NCBI RefSeq assembly: GCF_006345805.1
Contig: NC_043017.1
Coordinates: 30,256,001-30,320,000, forward strand
Direction of reading: 5' to 3'
DNA: 64,000 bases
DNA from: Octopus sinensis
Lineage: Eukaryota
Position 1 is the first letter of the stretch; every line of letters starts with the position of its first letter. Shown here piece after piece: positions 1 through 13,084 of the stretch. The notes under the pieces were generated by a model. That model saw only the letters and a program-made list of their open reading frames with translations, made no database searches and was not told the DNA's origin. The position numbers and the translations under genes were made by a program.

Positions 1-858
1 GTTGATGTAGTTTCCGTAATTCATGTTGTTGCCCATGTTAGTTTTCTTGCCGTAGTTAGTTTTCTTGCTTTACAGTCGCTCTAATTAATTCTGTAGGGGC
101 AAAATACCACTGTTGTTATTGCCACTGGTTTTGCTGGTGGCTTTGTTCCTGTATTGATTCTTTCAGCAGAATAACTAATCCTCCTTATCTTCTACTTTGC
201 GGTGAACAGAAGGCATTAACATACGTTGAGGCAGCACACGAATGAGAACGTGACATTTTGGCCATCCACGACTACGGACCGATTTGTGCCATCTGGTAGA
301 CTGATCAGGTCCGAGATACGTCCTATATTTTCTTGAACATTTCAATCAATATATCCATCCCTTAGCACGATCAACTCAGCCTAAAAAATTTTCCCGAACG
401 GACGAATAGTTCAAAAGAGTTGCTAATTTGTGAGGATACTATTTGGCTTAAATATGAAACGGTTCAAACAAACCTTGTGCTCCAACATTAGGTCCGGTCT
501 GTTATGCATTAGCACCTGGTCTTTTTAGATTGGGAAACCCCAGAGCATTTAGCTAGTATCCGATTCTGCCACTCTCTGCGGTCTGTGCTTATACCACGTC
601 TTGTCTCACTCTAGCCCCCACTTTTCACAGTTTCAAAAGTAGCACTTCCGCTACCTGGTGGTTATTATGATTATTATTGTCTTTATGATCATTATCCTCC
701 TCCTCATCATCATCATCATTATTATCAAGATGGAGAGTAGTTATCGATAGCATAGTCACCAGAATTGTACTGATACAATATTTTCTTACCATATGATAAT
801 TTCAAGTATCAACATGAATTGATTGCCGAGAAATTTAATTCAATAATATTATATCATA

Positions 859-1252
859 CTAGCAGTATCGCCCGGCGTTGCTCGGGTTTGTAAGGGAAAT
901 AAATATATAAGCATTTTTAGAGAGTTATAGCCAAAATATATAAAAAAATGCATTAAAAATGGAAAAAAATGTTAAATTCTTTTTTAATCGTTGACTCATC
1001 GTAGACGTTTTTAAAGTGTTACTTCCCTTTTTTAATAGCGAAAAAATGCATTAAAATGGAAAACAATTATGGTAATTTTTTTTTAAATCGTAGACTCATC
1101 GTAGACGCGCGCTAATACCCAGAAGGGCTCGATATGAATCACGACTATAAGATACCCGGTTTTGGTTAAACTGCACCGCAAAATGTGGGAGTAGTTAGGA
1201 ATCTAAATCGTAAGAGACAGACAGCACACAACTTCATTTTTATATATAAAGA
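859..1252 (-). mobile_element. Non-autonomous Helitron, family H1
   Basis: On the minus strand it starts TCTTTATATATAAAAATGAAG, ends with a GC hairpin (CCCGAGCAACGCCGGG) plus CTAG, and sits between host A and T with no TSD. It is homologous to 20897-21294 and has an internal tandem duplication (~941-1007 / ~1041-1107). Confidence 0.85.
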
Positions 1253-1406
1253 TATTTTATTACCTTTTTTGGACCCTTTAGTGGAACCTTATGCTATTTC
1301 CGGTGCAGCCTCACAGGCATTCAGTACATTTCTTCTTCGATTTTAAGTAATCTAGAAACTTTCCTTCTACAGCTAAACTTGATCCGAACGTTGTAAATGA
1401 GAGTAG

Positions 1407-1513
1407 GTTTCCGAAGTAGTTACCCACTTTGAAGTGCTGAAAATGCCTATGAATACTCTCTTTCCTAAGTAGTTACCCACTTTGAAGTTCAGAAAATGTC
1501 TATGACTACTCTC
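1407..1513. repeat. Two-copy tandem duplication, ~54-bp unit
   Basis: tttcc(g/t)aagtagttacccactttgaagt...gaaaatg(c/t)ctatga(a/c)tactctc occurs twice head-to-tail. Confidence 0.8.
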
Positions 1514-1635
1514 AAAATACACTAACATATTAAGCGCACTCACACACAGAAGCACTTGTGCGTTGTGTAGGGTATATAATTTGCTGAAAGAAGGGAAATT
1601 TCATGTAGAAGATAACTCTGTGTTGCTTAAACTAA

Positions 1636-2028
1636 TCTCTCTATATATAAAGCTGAAGTTGTCTTTGTATGGAAGGTTTGGTAGCCTTCAACAAACACTA
1701 TCTCCTCCGACACCCTGCGTCACTAGTTCACCAAAATTGAGAGTATGATAGAAGAAGGTTTGCTTTTCCTTCCGTAGAAGAAAAAATTCAAATGGGACCA
1801 TGTTAACACCAAAAATTATTTACATCAAAAAGGTGCTTTTTTGGTATTTTAAATCCCTATTTTTTACGAATTTTTGACTGCTGTGTCGCCATTTTTCAGT
1901 GTATTTCAACCAGAAAAATCTTCACTTAAAAAGAATAACAAGCTACATAAAGCAACATTTTTACTTTTCAAAAGTTTCAATTCTAAAGGGTTGAAATAAC
2001 CTCGAGCAACGCCGGGCGATACTGCTTG
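1636..2028 (+). mobile_element. Non-autonomous Helitron, family H2 (H1-like termini, different interior)
   Basis: Starts A|TCTCTCTATATATAAAGCTGAAGTTGT and ends CTCGAGCAACGCCGGGCGATACTGCTTG|T (CTAG decayed to CTTG). The interior is unrelated to H1. Confidence 0.75.
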
Positions 2029-3222
2029 TATTATATATAATTGCTTTAAGTATTAGCTCATAATCATTGTGATTTATAGAGATAATTGTCCTAGACCGCC
2101 CCCAAAAGAATGGCGTTACGTCACCTGCTGCGCACATCTTTTATAAATTAAAAACATTGTAAAAATACTTCTCCGGTGATGACTTAAGTATTCATCCAAC
2201 TACAGATATAGGATTTCTTTTAACAATCATACATGTAAGCTGATTTGGGGCTGCATCTCATTCATGAATTAACATCGTGTCACGCATGACCGCAAATATA
2301 TGTGGAGAATTCGTCCGGCCAAAAAAGGCAAATGATTACCACCTGAAACGGCTTATATAACACTTGATCCGACGACTAATTTGCAGAATTTTGGTCATTT
2401 ATTCCTAACCCAAATAAAAAGTGTATTGGAATAATCGAATGAAAATGCAAAACAATCTCTCTTGATGTATCATCTTTCGAAATTAGAGAATCGAATGGCG
2501 ACAGATAACGAATTTTTTTCTGCTACATCTGCTAAGCAGATTAAAGAGTTAGACACTACTTAATGACCACTTATTTGGAAATTACAGTGTAATTAGAGAC
2601 AGCTTCAATGGAAAATACCGGAAAATACTTGAAAATACGAGAAAATACTAAAAGAAATACAAGGAAATACTTAAAATTAATGGAAAATTCATATGATATA
2701 ATAGCGGAAGTAACAAGTTCAATATTGAGTCTCTTGAGAAGAAAATGAATATTGAAATACATGTGTCAAACAAATGTCAAATAAAGAAACGTAAATACTA
2801 AAGAAATGTAAACAGGACGAAAATAAATGCTGGTTTCTTGGAAGAGGACACAATGAAGAATATTCCAAACATAACGGAGATAGAATAACACCGAAACAGC
2901 CTCCACCAATACTTGGTATTTTAACATTCCACACAATCCAGAGCTTCAGCGGTGACTGATGTATCCTTCCATGCTTAGAGCCACATGTTATCACATACAT
3001 GCATCACAGTATGGTTAAAACGCTGGTTTTGCAACTACATGATTTCGGATTCAATTTTGCAATACTATGGGAAAATGTTTTCTTCTTATAGCTTCGAGGC
3101 GACCAATGTCTGAAGACATAATCAAATACCCAACTAACACTGTGAACACGCTTTAACAGTAAGCTAACAGGGGTATACTATACAATACGTTACCTAATAA
3201 AAATTATAATAATGATAATAAT

Positions 3223-3279
<57 letters not shown>

Positions 3280-3331
3280 GGCAGTCATCTAAAAGTTTTT
3301 GCTCTTCATGGTGCTGACATAAGTTCCTTGT

Positions 3332-3414
3332 CTTTCCTGATGAGATGACGGCATAATGCACCCTTTATTCCTTCGGAATTAGGAATATGCTGCCTTAGAA
3401 ACATGTGTCGAGAG
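3332..3414 (+). ncRNA. Decayed type I hammerhead ribozyme motif in a (TA)n-flanked module (3277-3470)
   Basis: Stem I ctttc/gagag (extended by ttcctt/aaggaa), core CTGATGA at 3337-3343, imperfect long stem II (cggcata...tatgctg), then GAAAC-atgt-GTC at 3398-3409. Confidence 0.55.
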
Positions 3415-3467
3415 TAAAGGAATTTTGTTAAAATCGTCGTTCGATTCCATTCTTTCTTTCTTTCATT

Positions 3468-3535
<68 letters not shown>

Positions 3536-3649
3536 AGGATTAATACGAAGTAGCACAAAATTACATTTACTTCCTTTATATATATATATATATATATTGT
3601 TGTATTTAGGAATGCAAAACATATATATATATATTTATTTATTTATTTA

Positions 3650-3793
3650 TCTCCTTGTTTTTTCCTTTGTTCCTTTCAGTAGAAGAGCGTAGGCTCGAAA
3701 CGTAAAATACTTTCTATTCTTGAGCGTTATACTAATACATCTCTTTGTTTTGTACACCATCTGTCTTCATCATTTTGATTTTTCGTAAACTCT

Positions 3794-3796
<3 letters not shown>
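3650..3796 (+). mobile_element. Short (TA)n-associated PLE-like module, family P1, with variant minimal HHR at 3674-3707
   Basis: ttt-CAGTAGA-a-gagc(gtag)gctc-GAAAC-GTA-aaa. Homologous in reverse complement to 23199-23385, 17205-17325 and 62921-63020. Confidence 0.6.
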
Positions 3797-3857
<61 letters not shown>

Positions 3858-3904
3858 TGTGTGTGTGTGTGTGTGTGTGTTGTGTGTGTGTTTGTGTAGT
3901 GTAC

Positions 3905-4495
3905 TGGTATAACAATGCACCAATATTTACTGGAACTAGCACTCGATAATATACGACGCTAGAGTAAAGCTTCACTCTATATATTATATATATTATAGTG
4001 GCAAAAATGATTGCGGGTGGTGAACATTTCATCTTAACTGTAGGAAGAACATTAAATAAATGTACAACCCAGATGTGGATAAACTAGGTCCTAGGTTTCG
4101 AAATTCCCAAATTATGTTTGATAATGTAAATTTGATTAGTTCTCATCAGCTAGATACACCTAGACAAAATTTCAAATGTCGCTACATCAATGCTAGTATT
4201 TTCACATCTGGACGCATAGCCGTTAACAGACTGAGAACAGTGAAAAAATTTTCAAAGAAAATTTATTAAATAGTGCAATATTGCTTCCCAGTATAAGAAA
4301 GCACCATCAGGTTAAAGTATATATATTGTATCGTGGTACAACAATACACTAATATTTACTGGAAATAGTAGTCGACATTATACGACGCAACGTTAAAGCT
4401 TCACTGTGTATATATACTGGCCAAAATGTTATCGGGCAGCGAACATAAAACAGTTCATTTTACCTGTAGGAAAACATTATTTAAATGTACAACCC
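3905..4495 (-). repeat. ~1.4 tandem copies of a ~430-nt unit with one decayed HHR (4084-4153, minus strand)
   Basis: 3905-4070 is repeated, diverged, at 4334-4495. Between the copies the minus strand reads ctag-CTGATGA-gaa...ttc-GAAAC-ctag-GAC-ctag (cleavage GUC mutated to GAC). Confidence 0.6.
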
Positions 4496-4555
4496 TACAT
4501 ATGTTTCTACTGCATCGATTATTAACAGCTGCAAATGCAACCTTACTATAATACT

Positions 4556-4788
4556 TATTTCTTTACTACCAACAAGGGGCTAAACACAAAGAGGACAAAC
4601 AAGGACAAACAAACGGATTAAGTCGATTACATCGACCCCAGTGCGTAACTGGTACTTGATTTATCGACCTTGAAAGGATGGAAGGCAAAGTCGACCTCGG
4701 CGGAATTTGAACTCAGAACGTAACGGCAGACGAAATACAGCCAAGCATTTCGTCCGGCGTGTTAACGATTCGGCCAGCTCACCACCTT
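4556..4788 (-). mobile_element. SINE family B (tRNA-derived head, Meta/MESC-like middle), full length
   Basis: Matches 60063-60294 in reverse complement. Flanked by the direct repeat accttactataatact (4540-4555, 4784-4799). Confidence 0.9.
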
Positions 4789-5106
4789 ACTATAATACTG
4801 GTGCAGTTTCTTCGGGGTTTTCACTTTAATATTCGTTTATCTAATCTGCGTTGTCTGATTTGGAATTGTTCGTTAATTTAGACGTGAGCGATGTACAGTG
4901 CAAGTTTTCAAAACATTTTATTGTTCAAATGTTTATTACTCATTTGTATTCAGCAAAGGTAAATTTCCTCATATGCGCCTTCGTGTCTTCGTGTTTGTTC
5001 GAAGCTTGTCAATCTGCGCATACTTGTTTCCGACCCTGTAACTTAGGAATTTGACAGAAGGGAAGAACAATTAAGCACATTTTTGAAGAGAATCTGTCCT
5101 ATTTCT

Positions 5107-5490
5107 CTCTTTTACTTGTTTCAGTCATTTGACTGCGGCCATGCCGGAGCACCGCCTTTAATCGAGCAGCTCGACCCCGGGACTTATTCTTTGTAAGCCC
5201 AGTACTTATTCTATCGGTCTCTTTTGCCGAACCGTTAAGTGACGGGGACATAAACACACCAGCATCGGTTGTCAAGCAATGCTAGGGGGAAAAACACACA
5301 CACGCACATACATATAAACATATATACGACGAGCTTCTTTCAGTTTTCCGTCTACCAAATCCACTCACAAGGCTTTGGTCGGCCCGAGGCTATAGTAGAA
5401 GACACTTGCCCAAGGTGCCACGGGGTGGGACTGAACCCGGAACCATGTGGTTGGTAAGCAAGCTACTTACCACACAGCCACTCCTGCGCC
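5107..5490 (-). mobile_element. SINE family A (tRNA-derived), full length
   Basis: Pol III-like A box TGGCTGTGTGG, B box GGTTCAGTCCC, CORE-like CCTTGGGCAAGTG, internal microsatellite and stem-loop tail. About 20 homologues occur in the window. Confidence 0.92.
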
Positions 5491-6112
5491 TAAGGGCCAC
5501 TCCTGTTCCGGTAATTATTTCAAGACGGTACCCTAGCATAGTTAATTTATGAAACCAATCAACTTCTACGACCACAATATCCATCTGTCCATCCACTAAT
5601 CTATTCTTCTCTTCCCCTTTCTACCAGATTTTATATACAAGTAGCAAACGATCTTTGATATGACACTATTTCCTCTTTACTTTTCTATTCCACTCACTTC
5701 TCATACCTCATTCATTCCGAGTTGATTTCGTTTGTATCTATAAAAAACTTAAGCGAAGAGATAAGTTTACTTCAGGCAAGCATCTGAGTTATCCCCATGA
5801 AACTGGGATTCCCAAAAAATTTTGAAATTAATTCCCGCTTTTCACTCGCCGGAAGAAAATTGCTATATTTAATGTAAATAAGATGAACGAGAGAATTACG
5901 AGATTCTGGAATAATTTTATCAATCATTTTACGTGTAACTGATGTTACCTGTTTAAAAGTATACACATACGAACACACACACAGACCCATACCTATATGT
6001 GTATGTATAAATCCATACATACATATATATATATACATATATTTGTATTTTATTTTACTCAAAGCCAGGAACTCTTCAGCAGCCCTTCGTACATGTAAGA
6101 AACATACATATA

Positions 6113-6320
6113 CCTATTTCTTTACTACCCACAAGGGGCTAAAAACCAAGGGGACAAACAAGGACAGACAAACGGATTTAGTCGATTACATGGACCGCAG
6201 TGCGCAATTGGTACTTATTTAATCGACACCGAAAAGATGAAAGGCAAAGTCGACCTCGGCGGAATTTGAACTCAGACCGTAGCGGCAGACGAAATACCGT
6301 TGAGCATTTCGCCCGGCGTG
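6113..6320 (-). mobile_element. SINE family B, 5'-truncated
   Basis: Homologous to 4556-4788 and 60063-60294. Confidence 0.88.
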
Positions 6321-6857
6321 AACGCCTATCCTGTAAGGGATCATGTGTAACATCCACTTAGAAATTTACCAAACCTGCCTGTCTTTGCTTTATTGTGTAT
6401 ATGTGATGTGTGTGCGTGAGTTTTTGCCAGATTTTGTGTGCCTGTGTTTGTATGTGTAAATATATATATCTTTATGTATGTGTAAATCTTCCTGACATGA
6501 CAAACAAAATTTAAAGGACTGACCACTAAAAGTGGACGGTCAATATGCTAGATATAGACGTCAATATCGCTATTTTCCACGAAGAATGTGTTCTCAAGAC
6601 AAATCTCAGCACAAAACCAAAGTGTAAAAAATAAGCAAAACAAATGAAAATATACAAAATAAATACGATTACCTATGTACCGATCAGTTTCGCTTGTTAA
6701 TATTCACGCATATGTAAACGTGAAATTTTGTATGTAAAAAATATCTTAATCTTCGGGTGTTTGTAATATGCTAGGCCACTGGTTTAAATTGATTAATATC
6801 AATTTCTACCCTCATTCAATTATAAATAATAAAAAAAATGTTCTTCCTGACAAGATA

Positions 6858-7264
6858 GGTGCAGGAGTAGCTGCGTGGTAAGTAGCTTGCTAACCAACCA
6901 CATGGTTCCGGGTTCAGTCCCACCGCGTGGCGTCTTGGGCAAGTGTCTTCTGCTATAGCCCCGGGCCGACCAATGCCTTGTGAGTGGATTTGGTAGACGG
7001 AAGCTGAAAGAAGCCTGTCGTATATATGTATATATATATATATGCGTGTGTGTGTTTGTGTGTCTGTGTTTGTCCCCCTAGCATTGCATGACAACCGATG
7101 CTGGTGTGTTTATGTCCCCGTTACTTAGCGGTTCGGCAAAAAAGACCGATAGAATAAGTACTAGGCTTACAACAGAATAAGTCCCGGGATTGATTTGCTC
7201 GATTAAAGGCGGTGCTCCAGCATGGCCGCAGTCAAATTACTGAAACCAGTAAAAGAGTAAAAAG
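6858..7264 (+). mobile_element. SINE family A
   Basis: Full-length homology to the other A copies. Confidence 0.92.
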
Positions 7265-7446
7265 TATGCAAACTCACAAATATACGACGGGCGTCTTTAT
7301 GTTCCCGTGTATTAAATCTATTCAAAAGGATTTGGACTACCAGAGGTTACGCAGTAAGAGTGATAACAGACGTGTAGTTGGGAGGTAAACATTTCATCAC
7401 ACGTCCATGCATGCACCTATTATGTTTAATTGTTTTCTGTTTTTGC

Positions 7447-7608
7447 GTGGCTCTGTGGTAAGTAGCTTGCAAACCAAACACATGGTTCCGGGTTCAGTCC
7501 CACTGCGTCGCATCTTGGGCAAGCGTCTTCTGCTATAGCCTCGGGCCGACCAATGCCTTGTGAGTGGATTTGGTAGACGGAAACTGAAAGAAGCCTGTCG
7601 TATATATA

Positions 7609-7686
<78 letters not shown>

Positions 7687-7920
7687 GTGTGTGTGTGTGT
7701 GTGTGTGTTTGTGTGTCTGTGTTTGTCCCCCTAGCATTGCTTGACAACCGATGCTGGTTTGTTTACGTCCCCGTAACTTAGCGGTTCAGCAAAAGAGACC
7801 GATAGAATAAGTACTTGGCTTACAAAGAATAAGTCCCGGGGTCGATTTGCTCGACTAAAGGCGGTGCTCCAGCATGGCCGCAATCAAATGACTGAAACAA
7901 GTAAAAGAGTAAAAGAGAGT
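7447..7920 (+). mobile_element. SINE family A with expanded internal (TA)n/(TG)n
   Basis: Homology to the other A copies. Confidence 0.92.
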
Positions 7921-8531
7921 AGAGAGAGATATAGGTAGATTCTACTGTTGTAGGCCCGTCTTCCTTCGACACGTTTCCTCAATGTTACGCTATTCTGTAT
8001 CTCAAGAGCCGTACATATGACCATTCTTTATTACCACAGAAGCTTTATTCTCGTCTAGAGTATACTTGTAATCGGACACCGAATGTCGTCGGTAAATTAG
8101 ATTCATTTATAATTTATACTCTAATTGCGTGCGTATTTGTGTTTGTGTGTTTGTCTGTGTGCGTTTATGTGTATATGTCTGTGTCTTTGCAATTAGGTGA
8201 TTTATTAATACGTGTGTACGCACTGAAATTCATTACAGCTTACAGAAAAAGGCAGACATTGACAACACCTACGCTCTCGACATAATTCAAAGAAGTCGAG
8301 CAGCCGTAGTCATTGGTTTGTAACTAACTTCTGTACAAAGGTTCTGCGATTGAGACGCGAAATATTATATAGAGAAGGATATGGATTATATCATCAAATA
8401 AGGTGGATGAAGGATTTAGTTATATTAACCTCCTATCACTTTTAGAGATAGAAGCTTAACATAAAGAAATCGAAAATTTATTTGACATAAAGATGTGTGT
8501 GTGCGCGCACGCGTGTGTTCATATCTCCTCA

Positions 8532-8562
<31 letters not shown>

Positions 8563-8564
<2 letters not shown>

Positions 8565-8934
8565 GTTAATCTTAACATGAACAAAGAGAAAACACAACAA
8601 CGCGAGGACGTGGAACAAGTATAATGATATTGGACGCTCAGGAAAGGAAAGAATGAAAGAAGATTTAACGTCTCGAGCGGAGCGACAAACATAGATGTGT
8701 AGATGCTAAATATATAATATATATATATCATTCAAAATGTGACCGCGTGTGTACCGTTGGCGATTTTTTCCCTCTGTCTTCCCTTCTCTGGATCTTTCCT
8801 TCTATGTTTCTGCCGAAGAGCTCCACTCGAATCGTTAAACCCTCCTTCTTCCCTTCGTTCCTGAGCGTCCAATAATACTATATTTGTTCCCCGTCCTCGC
8901 GTTGTTGTGTTTTCTTGTGCTTTCTTGTTTGGAT

Positions 8935-8940
<6 letters not shown>
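8563..8940. mobile_element. Inverted pair of PLE-like modules, family P2, with decayed minimal HHR at 8806-8840 (+)
   Basis: 8563-8683 is the reverse complement of ~8820-8940, and both outer ends abut (TA)n. The HHR-like text is gttt-CTGCCGA-a-gagc(tcc)actc-GAATC-GTT-aaac; the inverted copy restores gctc. Confidence 0.6.
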
Positions 8941-8970
<30 letters not shown>

Positions 8971-10382
8971 CATCAGATTTAAATGTGGAAACACATTGAC
9001 GACAAAGATAGATGTGTAGATGCTAAATATTTAAATCGAGTGAAATACAGAACGGAGACGTCAGAAATCTTTCCTGTTAAAAATACCCGAACAGTTATAT
9101 ATGATGCTTTTGTTAAAGATTTTATGAATTAGATTGCACATCCGAATTTGTATATAGGTCAGGTAGGGCAACATTGCATTTGCACCGATAAAATAGGCAC
9201 CGTTTCAAGATTTTATTTCTAAGTATTAGCAATATATCTCCTTGAAACTTTAACCGCATGCCATCTTGGAAGATATCTACTTGACAATATAACTAAAGAA
9301 AAAAGAACATACCAGTTAATTGTTTGCCCAACTTTCTTCTCATGCCGTCTCGATAAAAATTTGGTCGGTGATGAGGTAACAACGGTATGAGATTTTTAAA
9401 TAAGATTGATGGGATAGGAATATCAACGAAATGGTAGTGAGGAAGACATTTGCCTGTTTACAACATACAGCCCTTGCCTATCATTTAATCCATTAATGTT
9501 TAATCTTAAGTCAACTTGCGGTGGTGACCTATAATAAAATCGCATTTAAATTGTAAAGATACCCTACGTTTTAGACTTATAGGACTACATTATTTAGCAT
9601 TTCATTTTATTATTTATGATAGTACGGAGTGGAGGATGATTTGAAGCAATTTTGTTTGTTATTTGTTCCAGATCGGTCGATCACTTGGAGACTATTTGAG
9701 TTGTGAGTTGATCAGAGATTCACTCCTGTGAGTGACCAAGCAAACTATGCTGTCAGACTCATTGCTCTTGTAGCGTCTTTATTCACGACTACACCAGTTT
9801 GAAGACGATGAAATACACAGCTCGCATAGCAGTTCAAAGCAACTAACTATAAACATGACCCAACAAACTGCTTTTAGTTGTAATTCGGCTGTGTAATTTC
9901 AGTGAATTTATGGACCTCTGCCTTCCTTTGGAAGACCTTTTATCAGGCCTTCACATTTTAGCTTATTAAGATTTTATTTGCAGCGAGTTTCTCGGAATTT
10001 TCGATTATCTTTTTTTCATTTTTATCTATCTTGAAGATCGTGTGAAACGTAACTACTAAATATTCCGATTTTTTTCTGGGTTTTCCATGTCTAATCAACG
10101 TTATTTATAGTGTTAGCATGATATTTAAAGCGTCAACACGCGAACACACGGAAACTCTAAAACCGAGGTAAGAGATATAGAATATACTTTAATTGATCGA
10201 CAACTTTCCCGGGTATCATTGCCAAACGTCGTAAATTCTTCCTTTTTAATATCGATTCCTTCGTTCACTCTTAAGATTCAAATGCACAACAAGACTATTT
10301 AAATACAAATTCAACTCTTCTCTCATTGAGTGCACATATACCCGTCTTTCTTAAACGTCTATCAAAAATTGATACTAATATC

Positions 10383-10742
10383 GCGTGTGTTAAGAAGCTT
10401 GCTTCGCAACCACATGGTTCTGGGTTCAGTCCCACTGAGTGGCATCTTGAGGAAGTGGCTTCTACTATAGTTTCGGGCCGACCAAAGCCTTGTGAGAGGA
10501 TTTGGTTGACAGAAACCGAAAGAATCCTGGTGTGTGTCTGTTCCCACCCATCACCTCGACAACTGGTGTTCTGTGTTTATGTACCCGTAACTTATCAGTT
10601 CGGCATAACAGATCGATAGAGCAACAACCAGACTTAAAATATAAGTAGTGGGGTGAATTCATTCAACTAAAAATTCAAGGCGACGTTCCAGCATGGCCGC
10701 AGTCTAATAATGGTAAGAAGTAAAATGTAAAACATAAAAGAT
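10383..10742 (+). mobile_element. SINE family A, older diverged copy
   Basis: Recognisable head, CORE-like segment and ccagcatggccgcagtc tail. Confidence 0.8.
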
Positions 10743-10837
10743 AAACGATAAATAGGTCTAAAATGCTATTGTTTTATTTCGTACCTACTTAGTTATTCTT
10801 TCGAGCGTCATAATTCCTTCCAAACATTATAATATAG

Positions 10838-11064
10838 TTTTACTTGTTTCAGTCATTTGACTGTGTCTATACTGGAGCATCGCCTTTAGTCGAGCAAATC
10901 GACCCCAGAACGTATTCTTTTGCAAGCCTAGTACTTATTCTGTTGGACTCTTTGGCCGAACCGCTAAGTTACGGGGACATAAACACACCAGCATCGGTTG
11001 TCAAGCGATGTTGGTGGGACAAACACAAAAACAAAAACATATACACACACATACATATGTACAA

Positions 11065-11130
<66 letters not shown>

Positions 11131-11292
11131 ACGGACTTCTTTCAGTTTCTGTCTACCAAATCCACTCACAAGTATTTGGTCGACCCGAGGCTATAGTAGA
11201 AGACACTTGCCCGAGATGCCACGCAGTGGGAATGAACCCGGAACCAGGTGGCTGGTAAGCAAGCTACTTATCACACAGCGGCTGCTGCGCCT
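10838..11292 (-). mobile_element. SINE family A
   Basis: Homology to the other A copies. Confidence 0.9.
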
Positions 11293-12247
11293 ATGTGTGT
11301 ATGTATGTATGTATTTCAAAGGGCCGGCCTTGTCACACTCTGTGTCACGCTGATTCTCCCTGAGAACTACGTTAAGGGTACTCGTGTCTGTGGATTGCTC
11401 AGTCACTTGCACGTTAGTTCCACGAGCAAGCTGTTCCGTTGATCGTATCAGCTGGGACCCTCGTCGTCGTAACCGACTGAGTGTTCCTTATGTATGTATG
11501 TACCTATGTATGTATACCTGTGTGTGAGTGTGTGTGTGTTTATTTATCGACTTGATATTATCATATGTGTGCTGTATTCCTTATTTTTTCTTATTTGATA
11601 ACATGAAATCTGCATCATATTAGGTAAATGTATAATATACTTTTTACACATAACTTCAAAAATTTTACACTCCAATGTTTAATTCCCGCTCTCTTAGGTT
11701 CTGAACCTGTCCCTGTCACCCTTTCTCTTGCTATCGATGTGCCTGTCTCCTCTTTTCTCTTACGCTTACTCATTCTCTCGCTGAGTTCTCAGTCATTGTC
11801 TCTCTCAAATTCAAGCACGTTATGAATTTTAATGGAAAGAAGAATGCCTTAAATCATTCTCCGTGTCAACAGCAAGGAATTTTAAGCAAAAGTTCAAATA
11901 AGGTGATGATCGGCAATACAAATCTTTCCCTTCTTTTGTTCCATGCTGAAACGGTCCATCAACTGCAAGTAGGACAATAACTATACAAATGAAAAATGGA
12001 ATTGAGCCTCTATAAAACTGACCCACACTTATCCAACATGATGCGGAATTCATGCTATGAAATAAGGAGGCCTGAGGAATACAGCACACGGATGATAAAA
12101 TCAAGTCAAGAAATACAAACACACACACACACACATACATACACAGGTATACATATGGACATGCATGCATACATACATACATACATGTGTATATATGTAT
12201 CTCTTTCTCTCTCTCTCTATGTGTATATATATATATATATATATATA

Positions 12248-12643
12248 CTCTTTTACTTGTTTCAGTCATTTGACTGCGGCCATGCTGGAGCACCGCCTTT
12301 AGTCGAGCAAATCGACCCCGGAACTTATTTGTGAGCCCAGTACTTATTCTATCGGTCTCTTTTGCCGAACCGCTAGGTGACGGGAACGGAAACACACCAG
12401 CATCGGTTGTCAAGCAATGCTAGGGGGACAAACACAGACACACAAACATATACATACATATATATATATATACATATATACGACAGGCGTCTTTCAGTTT
12501 CCGTCAACCAAATCCACTCACAAGGCTTTGGTCGGCCCAAGGCTATAGCAGAAGACACTTGCTCAAGATGCCACGCAGTGGAACTGAACCCAGAACCATG
12601 TGGTTGGTAGGCAAGCTACTTACCACACAGCCACTCCTGCGCC
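12248..12643 (-). mobile_element. SINE family A
   Basis: Homology to the other A copies. Confidence 0.92.
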
Positions 12644-13084
12644 TATATATATATATATAACAATTTAGTAATTAAACATATGCATACATACATATATGTA
12701 CATACCTACATCTATATGTATATATACATGCATATATGAGTACAGGACACCACAAATAAACGTAGAACACAACGAGAAATGTAAACATAAAATTAAACAA
12801 GTAAACGAACTTTTTTTAACAACGAAAAAAACAGAGTACAAGACAAACAATACAAGGAATATTCCCCTTCATCAGCTGCCCCTGTTTCGACTCAATGCGT
12901 GTATATATTTATAAATATAATAGAATGGGGACTATGGACACCTAGGAAAGTGTTTAAAAACATTTTTTATTTCAAAATTTGAAATGCTGGTAAATATATG
13001 TGAAAGACATCGACCGTGTTCTTCTCCATTGGTGTCTGTGTTTTTCGCTTATGGGAAGAATTTTTACTGATATGGATAAATTAA

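Noticed and set aside
859-2028. Apparent single TIR element with ~30-bp inverted ends
   Set aside because: The ends are the 3' termini of two oppositely oriented Helitrons, each with its own 5' TC end.
2610-2672. gaaaatac repeats with short variable spacers, superficially CRISPR-like
   Set aside because: A degenerate tandem repeat with ~10-bp period in eukaryotic DNA; repeats and spacers are far too short and there are no cas genes.
5269-5457. Recurrent ORF family ending GLNPEPCGW, resembling a multigene family
   Set aside because: It is antisense translation of SINE A copies.
12860-12900. CTGATGAAGG on the minus strand with an upstream GAAAC
   Set aside because: No downstream GAAA/NUH and no consistent stems for any HHR topology.
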